This document shows positions 20,492-30,437 of a stretch of 47,592 nucleotides of DNA, piece by piece. Origin of the DNA: Candidatus Moranbacteria bacterium RIFCSPHIGHO2_01_FULL_54_31 (GTDB lineage: Bacteria > Patescibacteriota > Minisyncoccia > Moranbacterales > UBA1568); contig MFRV01000004.1 of the NCBI GenBank assembly GCA_001784695.1, positions 1 through 47,592 on the forward strand. Reading direction: 5' to 3'. Each line of letters begins with the position of its first letter. Within the stretch, counting starts at the first letter, position 1. The notes below the pieces were generated by a model. The model was not told where the DNA came from, ran no database searches, and was given only the letters and a program-made list of their open reading frames with translations. Made by a program: the position numbers and the translations under genes.

Positions 20492-21211
20492 TCAGGGAAC
20501 ATTTTGGAGGTCTTCCGGGATACCGCTGACATCATGTGAGACGGGCATCGCGCCTGGTAAAGCGGAATCAATCGTTTCCAATGACGTCAGAACATAATGA
20601 AAGTCGTTGTCCGCAGAAAAAACTTTTACTATACGCACTGTTTTTTTGCCAGTGTGGACAGACACTTCCCCGACAACAGCAAAGGTGATAGTACTGGCGT
20701 TGCAGAGTCCGGCATCCCGTTTGCTATTGAGGAGCGTGTCAGCCTCGTCAGTACCAGTGTTATCAACCAAGGATTCTGCTAGCTGATCAGCATCTTTCTG
20801 AAAGTGACAGTAGTAGGCTTCGCTTTCATAACGTGCGCCAGCAATCAGGCAGAATCTTACTTCTTTACCGGTGATGATATAGTGATGACCATTGGCTGCC
20901 TCGACTTCTACCACCCGTACCGTTCCATTGGCACCGTGGTATACAGCCGCCTCTCGGATGATAGAGAACGCTGCCGGCTTGACTGTGCATAATGCCTCTC
21001 GATTTTTTATACCGAGAAATGTATCAGCTTGAACAGTGTCTGTGGCGGAGAGTTCTGCCAACCTCTTTGTGTCTTCCAGTGACCGGCAGTAGGTGACATC
21101 GCTATCGCCGCTGTCGTAATAAGCTCCGGCAATCAAAGCATCTTCGGCAGATGCAGCGGTTGCGAAGCAGGATAGGCCGAATGCCGTCAGTACAGCTAGT
21201 AGCTTTTTCAT
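20492..21211 (-). CDS. Secreted hypothetical protein with two tandem ~90-aa domains
   Basis: Signal peptide MKKLLAVLTAFG...ASA; SD AAGGAG fits ATG 21211; internal duplication. Confidence 0.75.
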   Translation of the reverse strand: MKKLLAVLTAFGLSCFATAASAEDALIAGAYYDSGDSDVTYCRSLEDTKRLAELSATDTVQADTFLGIKNREALCTVKPAAFSIIREAAVYHGANGTVRVVEVEAANGHHYIITGKEVRFCLIAGARYESEAYYCHFQKDADQLAESLVDNTGTDEADTLLNSKRDAGLCNASTITFAVVGEVSVHTGKKTVRIVKVFSADNDFHYVLTSLETIDSALPGAMPVSHDVSGIPEDLQNVP

Positions 21212-21442
21212 CGTCAATCTCCTTGTAAGGAACAGTGCTTGAATGAAGCAAAAGAGCGCTTCTGTACTTCGCTATGCCACTTTCTGGCAAGAAAGTACGC
21301 GCTTTTGCCATGATTTTTAATATCACGTGTCGAGTATAGCACTCTTGCCCCGCTTGGCAAGCCCGCTCCGCTTTTTATGGTAATATGGAAGCAGGGGTTA
21401 TTCTGGTGACGGAGGAAGAAATAATTCGAATAAAAAACGCAT

Positions 21443-22237
21443 ATGTCGGAAAAAACCATCGGGCAATTGTTTGATTTCACGGGCAAGACCGTCGTGGTGA
21501 CGGGCGGATCGATGGGTATCGGGTATGGGATAGCGAAACGCTTCGCGGAAGCGGGAGCGAATGTCGTCATCGCGGATATCGATGCGGCCTCCGGCGAAGA
21601 GAAAGTAGCGGCTATCGCAGCGGAGGGCAAGCGGGCGCTCTTCGTCAAGACCGATGTCAGCTCCGAGGGCGACGTGAAGCATCTCATCGCTGCGGCTGTC
21701 GAGGCATTCGGCACGATCGATGTGTTCGTGAACAACGCCGGCATCTATCCGAGCGTCCCGGTACTGGATATGGATCTCGCGCTCTGGGAGAAAGTGCAGG
21801 CCGTCAACGGGCGCGGCGTCTTTCTCTGCTGTCGCGAAGCGGCGCGTGTGATGAAAGAAAAATCTGCCGGCGTTATCATCAATGTCGCCTCTGTCGATGC
21901 GCTTCATCCGAGTATGGTCGGCTTGGCGGCCTATGACGCGTCCAAGCACGGCGTCTGGGGTTTCACGAAAAATTTCGCTCTCGAAGTAGCCAAGTACGGC
22001 ATCCGCGTCAATGCGATCGCTCCCGGCGGGGTGCTGACCGAAGGAGTGGAGCATCTGACTGGCGGCGCTATCCAAACGACCGCGACCGATACTGCCGCTT
22101 TCGCGGCCAAGATCCCGATGGGGCGGATGGCACAGCCCGATGAGATGGCGACGATCGCGCTTTTTCTCGCGAGCGATGGCTCGTCCTATATGACCGGATC
22201 GATCGTCGTGGCCGATGGAGGCGTGCTCCTGGCCTGA
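21443..22237 (+). CDS. Short-chain dehydrogenase/reductase
   Basis: TGGSMGIG, NNAG, YDASK. Confidence 0.95.
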   Translation: MSEKTIGQLFDFTGKTVVVTGGSMGIGYGIAKRFAEAGANVVIADIDAASGEEKVAAIAAEGKRALFVKTDVSSEGDVKHLIAAAVEAFGTIDVFVNNAGIYPSVPVLDMDLALWEKVQAVNGRGVFLCCREAARVMKEKSAGVIINVASVDALHPSMVGLAAYDASKHGVWGFTKNFALEVAKYGIRVNAIAPGGVLTEGVEHLTGGAIQTTATDTAAFAAKIPMGRMAQPDEMATIALFLASDGSSYMTGSIVVADGGVLLA

Positions 22238-22264
22238 AATATATATTCGCTGCAAGATATTTAT

Positions 22265-22894
22265 GTGATGCTCGGACTTTCCTCTCAAGAACTGGCGCTG
22301 TTTCGCCGACTGTCTTCGCCTGGCAAAATCCAGGATTACCTCGATACGCTGCCGTTCAATTACGAGAAGCGGGGCGATACCTGCCATTCGCCGCGCCAGG
22401 TGCTTCAGGCAGGAAAAGCGCACTGCATCGAAGGAGCGCTGCTCGCGGCTGCCGCGCTCTGGTTCCACGGCGCGGAGCCGCTCCTTCTTGATCTGAAGAC
22501 GCGGCCGGTCGATTATGACCACGTCGTTGCGCTCTACAAGAAGAACGGCTACTGGGGCGCCATCAGCAAGACCAACCACGGGGTGCTCCGGTTCCGTGAT
22601 CCGATATACCGCACGACGCGCGAGCTCGCGTTATCGTACTTCCACGAATACTTTATGAACGACACGGGGCAGAAGACGCTGCAGAGCTATTCGCGGCCGT
22701 TTTCGCTCAAGCGGTTCGGTACGGAGTGGGTCACGGCCGATGAAGACATGTGGCATATCGCCGATACCCTCGATACCGCCCGTCATTTTCCTCTCGTGCC
22801 GGCATCCAATGCCCGATCGCTCCGCAAAGCGAGTATCGTCGAAAGAAAGGCTGGCCGCGTCAGCGAATGGCAGAAAAAGGATCGCCGGACATAG
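22265..22894 (+). CDS. Conserved hypothetical protein, possibly transglutaminase-like
   Basis: AHCIEGALLAA and DHVVALY (candidate Cys/His). Confidence 0.6.
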   Translation: MMLGLSSQELALFRRLSSPGKIQDYLDTLPFNYEKRGDTCHSPRQVLQAGKAHCIEGALLAAAALWFHGAEPLLLDLKTRPVDYDHVVALYKKNGYWGAISKTNHGVLRFRDPIYRTTRELALSYFHEYFMNDTGQKTLQSYSRPFSLKRFGTEWVTADEDMWHIADTLDTARHFPLVPASNARSLRKASIVERKAGRVSEWQKKDRRT

Positions 22895-23013
22895 CGTACC
22901 CATTTCTTGACCTTTCTGGTATCTTCTGGTAGACTATCGTTTGTCAAAATAATATCTCTCAGATTGTCCTTGCGGGCGATTTTTTGTTGGTTCTATTCTC
23001 TTATCATTATGTT

Positions 23014-23406
23014 ATGCCAGAGCAGCAATTTTCGTATATACAAGTGAAGCGTTCCCAGGCCGGTCTTGGATTGTTTGCAGCGGCGCCGATCAAGCGTGGG
23101 AAAACGATCATCGAGTACGTCGGCAAGCGTATTCCGACCAGTGTCGGCGACACGCTCAACAATCGCTATATCTTCAACGTGAGCAGCCGCTGCGACATCG
23201 ATGGCAGCCCGCGCTCCAATACCGCCCGCTATATCAATCATTCCTGCCGTCCGAATTGCGAAGCGATCAATCGTCGCGGGCGCGTTTTCATCGTCGCCAG
23301 GAAAAACATCAAAGTGGGCGAGGAATTGACCTACGACTACGGCACAAGCTATTTCGAAGGCGTCATCCAGCCTGCCGGCTGCCGGTGCCAACAGTGTTTC
23401 GCATAA
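23014..23406 (+). CDS. SET-domain protein-lysine methyltransferase
   Basis: GLGLFA, IEYVG, RYINHSCRPN, EELTYDY, post-SET CRCQQC. Confidence 0.93.
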   Translation: MPEQQFSYIQVKRSQAGLGLFAAAPIKRGKTIIEYVGKRIPTSVGDTLNNRYIFNVSSRCDIDGSPRSNTARYINHSCRPNCEAINRRGRVFIVARKNIKVGEELTYDYGTSYFEGVIQPAGCRCQQCFA

Positions 23407-23479
23407 TTGACTTTTCGCGCAAACCCTGGCATACTTCCTGGATTATAAGCCGGCCGCACAGGCGAACGACGAGTGGACT

Positions 23480-24208
23480 ATGACAGAAGAAATAATCTTT
23501 CCTATCCGGATCAACCGCTACCTCGCTCTGCGTGGATTGGTGACTCGCCGCGCGGCCGATGACCTTATCGCGCGGGGGTTGGTGCTCATCAATGGCCAAA
23601 GAGCCGAACTCGGCGATCGCGTGGCAAGCGCCGAGACCCGGGTCGAAGTGCTCAAAGACAAGAAAACCGCTTCCAAAAAATTTACCTATGTCGCGTACTG
23701 CAAGCCGCGCGGCGTCATCACGCATTCGCCGCAGGGGGAGGAGTCTTCGATCGGAGATATCTCCGGCTTCGCGGGACTCTTTCCGCTCGGGCGCCTGGAC
23801 AAGGCCTCCGAAGGGCTCATACTACTCACCGATGACGGCCGTGTGACGGAACGGCTGCTCCATCCGCGCTATGCTCACGAGAAAGAGTATCTGGTGACCG
23901 TCCGTGAGAAAATCCTTCCCAGCGTGAAGATGATTTTCGAGGCGGGCATCGAGAATGACGACGAACGACTGACTGCCAAGCGGGTGCAGATACTCGGCCC
24001 GCACACGCTCTCGATCGTCCTGACCGAAGGCAAGAAGCACCAGATCAGGCGGATGCTCGATGCGGTGCATCTGACGGTAGAGAAACTGGTGCGCACGCGC
24101 ATTATGGGGGTGCACCTCGGCGCGCTGAAGTCCGGGCAATCCCGCCTGCTGAAGGGTTCCGCACGCGCCTCTTTCCTGAAGAGCATCGGTCTCGAAGAAA
24201 GCCTGTAG
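23480..24208 (+). CDS. RsuA/RluB-family rRNA pseudouridine synthase
   Basis: S4 domain, GRLDKASEGL, KEYLV, EGKKHQIRRM. Confidence 0.93.
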   Translation: MTEEIIFPIRINRYLALRGLVTRRAADDLIARGLVLINGQRAELGDRVASAETRVEVLKDKKTASKKFTYVAYCKPRGVITHSPQGEESSIGDISGFAGLFPLGRLDKASEGLILLTDDGRVTERLLHPRYAHEKEYLVTVREKILPSVKMIFEAGIENDDERLTAKRVQILGPHTLSIVLTEGKKHQIRRMLDAVHLTVEKLVRTRIMGVHLGALKSGQSRLLKGSARASFLKSIGLEESL

Positions 24209-24249
24209 AGAGTCTTCAATTTTCGGGCTGAAAAAGGTACTATACGGAT

Positions 24250-24753
24250 ATGGATATCGTATCACACGGATTGTGGGGGTCGCTCGCGTTCGGGCGGAGC
24301 ACCCGGAAAAGCTTTTGGCTGGCTTTCTTTTTCGGCATCGCACCCGATTTATTCTCATTCGGGACTTATATGGCCGCCGCGTTCTTGGGATTGAACAGCC
24401 ACGCCGATTGGAAGTCGGGCGAGCCGCCTGATCCGAGCCAGATCCCGATCTATGTGCACAACCTCTATGATCTCACGCACAGCCTGATCGTGTTCGCGGC
24501 CGTGTTCGCCCTGGTGTGGTGGTTCCGGAAGAAACCGCTCTATGAATTGGCGGCGTGGGGACTCCACATACTAGTCGATATCCCGACCCACGCCTACATA
24601 TTTTTCCCCACGCCGTTTCTGTGGCCACTCTCGGATTTACGTATCGATGGCATCCCGTGGAGCCACCCGATCATCTTCATCCCCAACGTCACGCTGCTCC
24701 TCGTTTCGTATTATTGGTTTTTCATCAGACCGCGGTTTACTGTGAAAGAATAG
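24250..24753 (+). CDS. YdjM-like membrane metal-dependent hydrolase
   Basis: MDIVSH, APDL, THSL, HILVDIPTH. Confidence 0.8.
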   Translation: MDIVSHGLWGSLAFGRSTRKSFWLAFFFGIAPDLFSFGTYMAAAFLGLNSHADWKSGEPPDPSQIPIYVHNLYDLTHSLIVFAAVFALVWWFRKKPLYELAAWGLHILVDIPTHAYIFFPTPFLWPLSDLRIDGIPWSHPIIFIPNVTLLLVSYYWFFIRPRFTVKE

Positions 24754-24762
24754 CGGGGTCCG

Positions 24763-24786
24763 CCCCGCCTCTCGCGAGAGGCGGGG
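24763..24786. repeat. Perfect 24-bp palindrome
   Basis: CCCCGCCTCTCGCGAGAGGCGGGG. Confidence 0.85.
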
Positions 24787-24815
24787 TTGATTTTTTGGCC
24801 GAGACGTGCTATAAT
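24787..24815 (+). promoter_or_regulatory. Sigma-70 promoter
   Basis: TTGATT-17-TATAAT with extended TG. Confidence 0.7.
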
Positions 24816-24888
24816 GAATGTAGAACTGAAGAAGCGGGTGCTCGAACGGGTACCCGTTTTTGCTTTTTATAAGCCATTTTTTCAGATT

Positions 24889-25512
24889 ATGCCGCACCAA
24901 AAGACTCCCAAAAACCAGCAAAACGAGCCGGAAAAAAAGCCAGTCAATCTGACGACTGTGACGCTGTCTCACAACGTCTTTTTCGGCATCATCCTGTCGC
25001 TCGGAATGGTCATCACGGGGCTGCTCTACGGCGCCTGCTGGCGCACGAGCACGCTCTCTATCGCGCCGCCTTCTCAGCCGGATCGGCAGATAGTGCTCGA
25101 GAGCCGCGTGCGCAAAGTGGTGGCAGGCTATCCGATCGAAACGATGGCGCCGTATATCGCAACGCACAAAAAAACGACGGCGGCGTTCCTCGTCGGTATC
25201 GCCAAGAAAGAAAGCAACTGGGGCAAGCGCATACCGCGATCGGAGGACGGCGCGGATTGTTATAATTACTGGGGGTATCGCGGAGAGGGAAGCCGCGGTA
25301 TGGCGATGGGGCACGGCTGTTTCGCCAGTCCCGAGGAAGCTATCGGCGTCGTCGGCGGACGGCTGGACACCCTGATACAGGAATACAAATTCGATACGCC
25401 GGCGGAGCTCATCGTGTGGAAGTGCGGCTGGAGCTGCGATGGCCATAGCTCAAAGAGCGTCAAGAAATGGATCAGCGACGTGGGATTGTATTCTGGCAAG
25501 ATTAAGAATTGA
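24889..25512 (+). CDS. Membrane-anchored lysozyme-like/glucosaminidase-like protein
   Basis: TM helix; IAKKESNWG...YNYWG...F.SPEEAI pattern. Confidence 0.6.
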   Translation: MPHQKTPKNQQNEPEKKPVNLTTVTLSHNVFFGIILSLGMVITGLLYGACWRTSTLSIAPPSQPDRQIVLESRVRKVVAGYPIETMAPYIATHKKTTAAFLVGIAKKESNWGKRIPRSEDGADCYNYWGYRGEGSRGMAMGHGCFASPEEAIGVVGGRLDTLIQEYKFDTPAELIVWKCGWSCDGHSSKSVKKWISDVGLYSGKIKN

Positions 25513-25584
25513 TCTTTCAATTGATAAAAAACCGCCCTCCGATAAAGACGAGTGGTTTTTTATCGGTGCCGATGCCTCTTGTTG

Positions 25585-25665
25585 TGGGCAGGGAGGGACT
25601 CGAACCCTCACTCCTTGCGGAACCAGTTCCTAAGACTGGCGTGTATACCATTCCACCACCTGCCC
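25585..25665 (-). tRNA. tRNA-Leu(TAG), CCA not encoded
   Basis: GGGCAGG/CCTGCCC acceptor, CCAGT-CTTAGGA-ACTGG anticodon arm, long variable arm, GGTTCGAGTC. Confidence 0.96.
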
Positions 25666-25773
25666 GTCGCATTATTTTTTAGTAGGCGTGTCTACCCCTC
25701 CCGTATCGCTATGTAAGCAAGCTTGTTTGCGAAACGTGGCGGGCAGGCATGCTACCTCACCCAGGCGTCATAC

Positions 25774-26085
25774 CTATGCTATTTTCGCTTTGTCACCGAA
25801 TAGCTGCAGGAGCCGCCCTACTTCTTCTCTGACCGGACCGTCATTCGCGTATTCTCCGTGATGGCGCGTGGTCTCTCCGTACGTATGCTTCTTCTGGTCG
25901 AGATGAAAATTGACCGTAAGCGTCACCTTGTCGAGCTTGGCATAGCAGTGAAAGCGCGGATAGCCGGCACTCGCGAGTACGCGGACGAAGCTTTTTTCGC
26001 CATCCTCTTCGTGCTGAAAAACGTAGCCGGCCCGCCGCAAGAGCGAGACGGGATTCTCCGTGATAGCCTCGATGATGATGCGCAT
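25774..26085 (-). CDS. Hypothetical protein
   Basis: 103-aa ORF with GYPRFH and FHLDQKKH, co-oriented with flanking tRNAs. Confidence 0.7.
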   Translation of the reverse strand: MRIIIEAITENPVSLLRRAGYVFQHEEDGEKSFVRVLASAGYPRFHCYAKLDKVTLTVNFHLDQKKHTYGETTRHHGEYANDGPVREEVGRLLQLFGDKAKIA

Positions 26086-26104
26086 ATGCCTATAGTTTTT
26101 TCGA

Positions 26105-26277
26105 GTTTTTTAAAATCATCAGTTCCGATCCAGACTTGATCGCCGTCCGAACCCCGGCGTGGTTCGGACTGACGCGAGAGCGGCGCTCTCCATCCCGATT
26201 CATCGGGATGGATCCGTGCCCGCTCTGCTCTCGAGTCGCGCTCAAGTCGGATACAGAACGATGATTTTTTAGAAAAC
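26105..26277. repeat. Nested inverted-repeat element
   Basis: ~35-bp imperfect terminal IR enclosing three GC-rich hairpins. Confidence 0.6.
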
Positions 26278-26287
26278 AAGTATTCAG

Positions 26288-26358
26288 TCGGGGTGCCGGG
26301 AATTGAACCCGGATTACACGAACCCGAATCGTGCGTAATACCGTTATACCACACCCCG
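26288..26358 (-). tRNA. tRNA-Pro(CGG), CCA not encoded
   Basis: CGGGGTG/CACCCCG acceptor, CACGA-TTCGGGT-TCGTG anticodon arm, GGTTCAATTC. Confidence 0.95.
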
Positions 26359-26365
26359 AATCTTC

Positions 26366-27865
26366 TTATTCGACCCAGTGTCTTTTCTTGATCTGTTGGT
26401 CGTCTTCCGCCCGTTTTTCCTCGATCTTTTCTTCGGCATGCGTGCGGAGCGTCTCGATAGGGCTTGCTTTGAGCGTATCGGCTCGCTTGAGCAGCACTTC
26501 CTTCGTATTGAGGTTCGGATCTTCGATGACTTCCGCGAGGAGGACATCGAGAATCGCCCCGATTTTCGGGCCGGCCGGGATCTTGAGTTCCTCGATGAGA
26601 TCGGTGCCTTTGATGGCGAGCATCTTCACGGACACCGGGTCTCGGGAGACCTTTTCGATCATATATTCCAGATGGCGCAGCTTGTAGGGCTTGGCTTTGG
26701 GGACGCCGGAACCCAGTCTATCACCGATGCGCACCGCCATCAAGTCGTCCATATTCTCGAGGCCGACGCGCTTGATGAGGCGCCGGACGGAGGCTTCGGT
26801 GACCTCGTCGACATTGTAGTAGAAGAGGTGATTGTCGACGAGGAGCGTCGCTTTTTTCACGAGCGCCTTGGGAAAACGCAGGCGCGTGAGCATCTTCTCG
26901 GCGATGCGCGCGCCGACATGATCGTGGTTGTAGAAAGTGGCATTGTAGCCCTCGCCGCGCTTCGTCTGCGGTTTGCCGACATCGTGGAGGAGGGCGGCGA
27001 GACGCACCTCGAGTTTTTTCGAAGGGCAGGTCGCCAGTGCCCGGAGATTGTGTTCCCAGACCGTATAGATATGGTGGAGGTTCTGGGACACGCCAATCCC
27101 GACTTCCAGTTCTGGCAGGATGAAGCGGAGCAGCCCTCCGTCGTGGAGCATCTGGATGCCCTCCATCGGGCTATCGGAAAGGATGATTTTGGCGAGCTCA
27201 TCGCGCACGCGTTCTTGAGAAATGGCAGCAAGATTTTCAGCCAGTTTTTGGATCGCGGCAAAGGTTGCTTCTTCGATATGCCAGGAATGGGTGAGCTTGG
27301 TTTCTTGCGGATCTCGCAGTTCAGCGAAGAAGCGGATGGCGCGCATCAGCCGGAGGGCGTCCTCATTGAAGCGCTCTGCCGGATCGCCGACGGTCCGGAT
27401 GATTTTTTTTGTCACATCTGCGCTTCCATCGAAAGGATCGACGAGCTGCCACTTTCCATCGGCTGCCGGTCCGTACGCGATGGCGTTGATCGTGAAGTCG
27501 CGGCGCGCCAGATCCTCCTTGAGAGAGAGGGTGAAATGGACGGCGCTCGGGCGGCGCAGGTCCTCGTAGTTCGCTTCGGTGCGATAGGTTGTGACCTCGA
27601 TGATGTCATTCTCGTAGTCGGGAGAGGTCGTAGCGAGAAAGCGGGGGACCTTGACGCCGACCGTGCCGAACTCGTTCTCATAGAAACTCTCCGGGAAGAG
27701 CTCGAGCACCTGCTCGGGCGTGGCGTTGGTGGTCACATCCCAGTCTTTGGGCATGCGTTCGAGAATCAGGTCGCGCACGCAGCCGCCTACCACAAAGGCT
27801 TCAAAATGAGCTTTGCCCAAGGTAACGATAATGTTTTGTACCGGAAGGGGAATCTTTTGGATCAT
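26366..27865 (-). CDS. cca: Class II tRNA nucleotidyltransferase with HD domain
   Basis: VGGCVRD, DWD, DLARRDFTINA, EDALR, LLHDVGK. Confidence 0.88.
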   Translation of the reverse strand: MIQKIPLPVQNIIVTLGKAHFEAFVVGGCVRDLILERMPKDWDVTTNATPEQVLELFPESFYENEFGTVGVKVPRFLATTSPDYENDIIEVTTYRTEANYEDLRRPSAVHFTLSLKEDLARRDFTINAIAYGPAADGKWQLVDPFDGSADVTKKIIRTVGDPAERFNEDALRLMRAIRFFAELRDPQETKLTHSWHIEEATFAAIQKLAENLAAISQERVRDELAKIILSDSPMEGIQMLHDGGLLRFILPELEVGIGVSQNLHHIYTVWEHNLRALATCPSKKLEVRLAALLHDVGKPQTKRGEGYNATFYNHDHVGARIAEKMLTRLRFPKALVKKATLLVDNHLFYYNVDEVTEASVRRLIKRVGLENMDDLMAVRIGDRLGSGVPKAKPYKLRHLEYMIEKVSRDPVSVKMLAIKGTDLIEELKIPAGPKIGAILDVLLAEVIEDPNLNTKEVLLKRADTLKASPIETLRTHAEEKIEEKRAEDDQQIKKRHWVE

Positions 27866-27878
27866 AAGGCAAAAAAAT

Positions 27879-27966
27879 GAATCAAGAATTGAGAATCAGG
27901 AATCAAGAGAAAAAATCATAGGTATCTTCCTCTCATCGTCATTCGCAATTCCTGATTCCTGATTCC
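27879..27966. repeat. Inverted arrays of GAATCAG-type heptamers
   Basis: GAATCAA GAATTGA GAATCAG GAATCAA (27879-27906) facing the complementary array at 27940-27966. Confidence 0.8.
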
Positions 27967-27973
27967 TTCTTCT

Positions 27974-29734
27974 CTAGAGGGTGCGCTTCTTCTCCTCTTC
28001 TTTGTAACAGATGAGCGTGTCGCCGACCTGGATCTTGGCAGAGCCTTCGAAAACGACGCCGCACTCGTTGCCCTGGCCGACTTCATCGGCGTTTTCTTTG
28101 TTGCGCTGGAGGTTCTGCATCTTGCCTTGACCCACGATCTCGTCATCGCGCTTGATTTCGATGAGCGAGCCGCGGATCAGTTTGCCCTCGCTCACGCGTC
28201 CGCCGACGATCATATCGTGCTTGCCGGTCTTGAAGATGGCGAGGACCGAGAGACGGCCATAATCCGTCCGGACGATTTCCGGCGCGAGCATCGAGGTCAA
28301 GCGCTCCTTGACCGCTTCGACGAGCTTGTAGATGATATTGTATGTCTCGATCTCGATGCCGCTCCCGTCCGCCATCCGTTTGGCGACCGAGGTCGGCTCG
28401 CTGTTGAATCCGAGGATGAGGGCGTGGGCGCTTTCGGCGATCTTCACGTCCGATTCGGTGATGGCACCGACGCCGGAAGAGATGATATTGAGAGCCACCT
28501 CATCGGATTGTATGGCGGAGAGAATCTGCTCGATAGCTTCGAGCGATCCCTGCACGTCGGCCTTGAGGATGACGGCGAGCTTCTGCTTCTCGCCGTCTTC
28601 TTCCTGGATTTTGGTCATTTTTTTGGCGCCGGCTTCTTTGGATTTCGTGCGCGCCAGGCTCTTGCCGCTTACGACCTGGATGACATCGTTGACTTGGGGG
28701 GCGACATTGAATCCGTAGATGGTCGCCGGTACGGATGGGCCGGCTGTTTCGATGGTTTTGCCGCTCCAGTCTTCGATGCGGCGGATGCGGCCGAAAGCGC
28801 CGCCGGCCACGATATCCTGGCCGACTTTGAGGGTGCCGGTGCGGACGAGGGCGGTCGCGACAGGACCCTTCTGGGGATCGAGGTTGGATTCGAGCACGAT
28901 CGCCAAACCGTCGCGCTTGGTATCGGCGCGGAAATCCTCGACTTCGGCGAGGAGCAGGATGTTATCGAGCAGCTTGTCAATGTTGATGTTGTTCTTGGCG
29001 CTGATCTCGGTGCACATCGTTTCGCCGCCCCATTCTTCGAAGAGGATGCCGTGCTCGGCGAGCTCCTGTTTCACGCGCTCCGGCTTGGCATCCGGCTTGT
29101 CGATCTTGTTGATGGCGACGATGACGGGGAGCTTGTGCTCCTTGAGGTACTCGATGACCTCTTTGGTCTGCGGGCGTACGCCGTCGTCGGCCGCGACGAC
29201 GAGAATGGCGATGTCAGCGATAGTCAGTCCGCGTTTGCGCATCGCCGCGAACGCCTCGTGCCCGGGCGTATCGACGAACGTGATGAGCTGCTTGTGTTTT
29301 TTCACCTGGTAGGCGCTGATGTGCTGCGTGATGCCGCCAGCTTCGCCCGCCGCGACGCTTGTTTTGCGGATGGTATCGAGGAGCGTTGTCTTGCCATGGT
29401 CGACGTGGCCGAGAATGGTGACGATAGGCGGACGGGGAGAGAGGTTCTTGCCGGAATCCTTTTCCAGAGCGATAAGCTGGTCGAGACCCTCGATCGTGAG
29501 CCGCCCTTCCTCGACGGCTTCTTCGGCAGGAGTAGCCTCGAAGCCCAAGTCATCCGCGATGATGCTCGCCGTATCGAAATCGACCTCTTCGTTGATGCTC
29601 GCGAGGATATTGTTCTTCATCAGTTCCGTGATGATGGTCGCCACCGGCAGACGCAGAAGCTCGCTCAGTTTCTTGACTGTGACGGAAGCGGGGATGGAGA
29701 CCGGTTGTTTTGGGACGATTTCTTCTTCGGGCAT
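27974..29734 (-). CDS. infB: Translation initiation factor IF-2
   Basis: [35 protein letters not shown]; start placed at ATG 29734. Confidence 0.96.
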   Translation of the reverse strand: MPEEEIVPKQPVSIPASVTVKKLSELLRLPVATIITELMKNNILASINEEVDFDTASIIADDLGFEATPAEEAVEEGRLTIEGLDQLIALEKDSGKNLSPRPPIVTILGHVDHGKTTLLDTIRKTSVAAGEAGGITQHISAYQVKKHKQLITFVDTPGHEAFAAMRKRGLTIADIAILVVAADDGVRPQTKEVIEYLKEHKLPVIVAINKIDKPDAKPERVKQELAEHGILFEEWGGETMCTEISAKNNINIDKLLDNILLLAEVEDFRADTKRDGLAIVLESNLDPQKGPVATALVRTGTLKVGQDIVAGGAFGRIRRIEDWSGKTIETAGPSVPATIYGFNVAPQVNDVIQVVSGKSLARTKSKEAGAKKMTKIQEEDGEKQKLAVILKADVQGSLEAIEQILSAIQSDEVALNIISSGVGAITESDVKIAESAHALILGFNSEPTSVAKRMADGSGIEIETYNIIYKLVEAVKERLTSMLAPEIVRTDYGRLSVLAIFKTGKHDMIVGGRVSEGKLIRGSLIEIKRDDEIVGQGKMQNLQRNKENADEVGQGNECGVVFEGSAKIQVGDTLICYKEEEKKRTL

Positions 29735-29768
29735 AGCGCGTGGTGCGGGGGTAAGCAAATAAAGAGGG

Positions 29769-30287
29769 TTATACGGTGGCCGGTTTGCCTTGGATGGCTT
29801 GGTTGATGGTCGTTTTTTCTTCCTCGGTGAGAGGGAAAGCACTTTCTTTGCCTAAAATGACGGGCTTGGCATAGACGCGCGTCCCTTCGCGGGTGTGGAG
29901 CGATGACAGGACGATGCCGGAATTCTTGCCGTCGAGGAGCGCGATACAGAAGCTCTGGTTGCTGCCGACCTCCTTGAACGGGTTGAAGCGCAGCACGGCG
30001 GTCTTGTGGATGCTCTTCATTCCGAGCTCGCGCAGGCGGTTGGAGATTTCGAAGAGCTCTTGGATTTCATGATCGAACTCACGGGTCTCGTGAAGCTGAT
30101 CGAGAAGAATTTGTTCCAGGTCCTTGGCGTCTTTGCCGGAAAAAAACGTGCGTAGTTTCCGCTCCAGGTGTCTGTTCCGTACCCAGAGAAAGAGACAGAT
30201 GCCGCCAAGCAGTATTTCGCCCAGAATAAGCGCGCCGAGGCTTCCGTACACGATTGAGGGAGACAATTCTTGGATAAAACCAAACAT
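29769..30287 (-). CDS. DUF4446 family protein
   Basis: TM; RFNPFKEVGSNQSF, LSSLHTREGTRVYAKP; start uncertain (30287 or 30299). Confidence 0.85.
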   Translation of the reverse strand: MFGFIQELSPSIVYGSLGALILGEILLGGICLFLWVRNRHLERKLRTFFSGKDAKDLEQILLDQLHETREFDHEIQELFEISNRLRELGMKSIHKTAVLRFNPFKEVGSNQSFCIALLDGKNSGIVLSSLHTREGTRVYAKPVILGKESAFPLTEEEKTTINQAIQGKPATV

Positions 30288-30437
30288 AGGCAATGACAAC
30301 AGTCTGCCTGCTCACCGTATCACGATTTTGGCTTATTGTAAACCCGCGCGATCGATATCTTGACAGTATGTTTTTTGTCTCGCTGAGCGTAAAAATATGA
30401 TATACTGAGAGCAATTAAATAGTGTCTTGAAATAAAT

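Noticed and set aside
9897..21211. Copper island as part of the tRNA-Asn element or a transposon
   Set aside because: The att-like repeat closes at 8912; no transposase, integrase or bounding repeats seen around the island.
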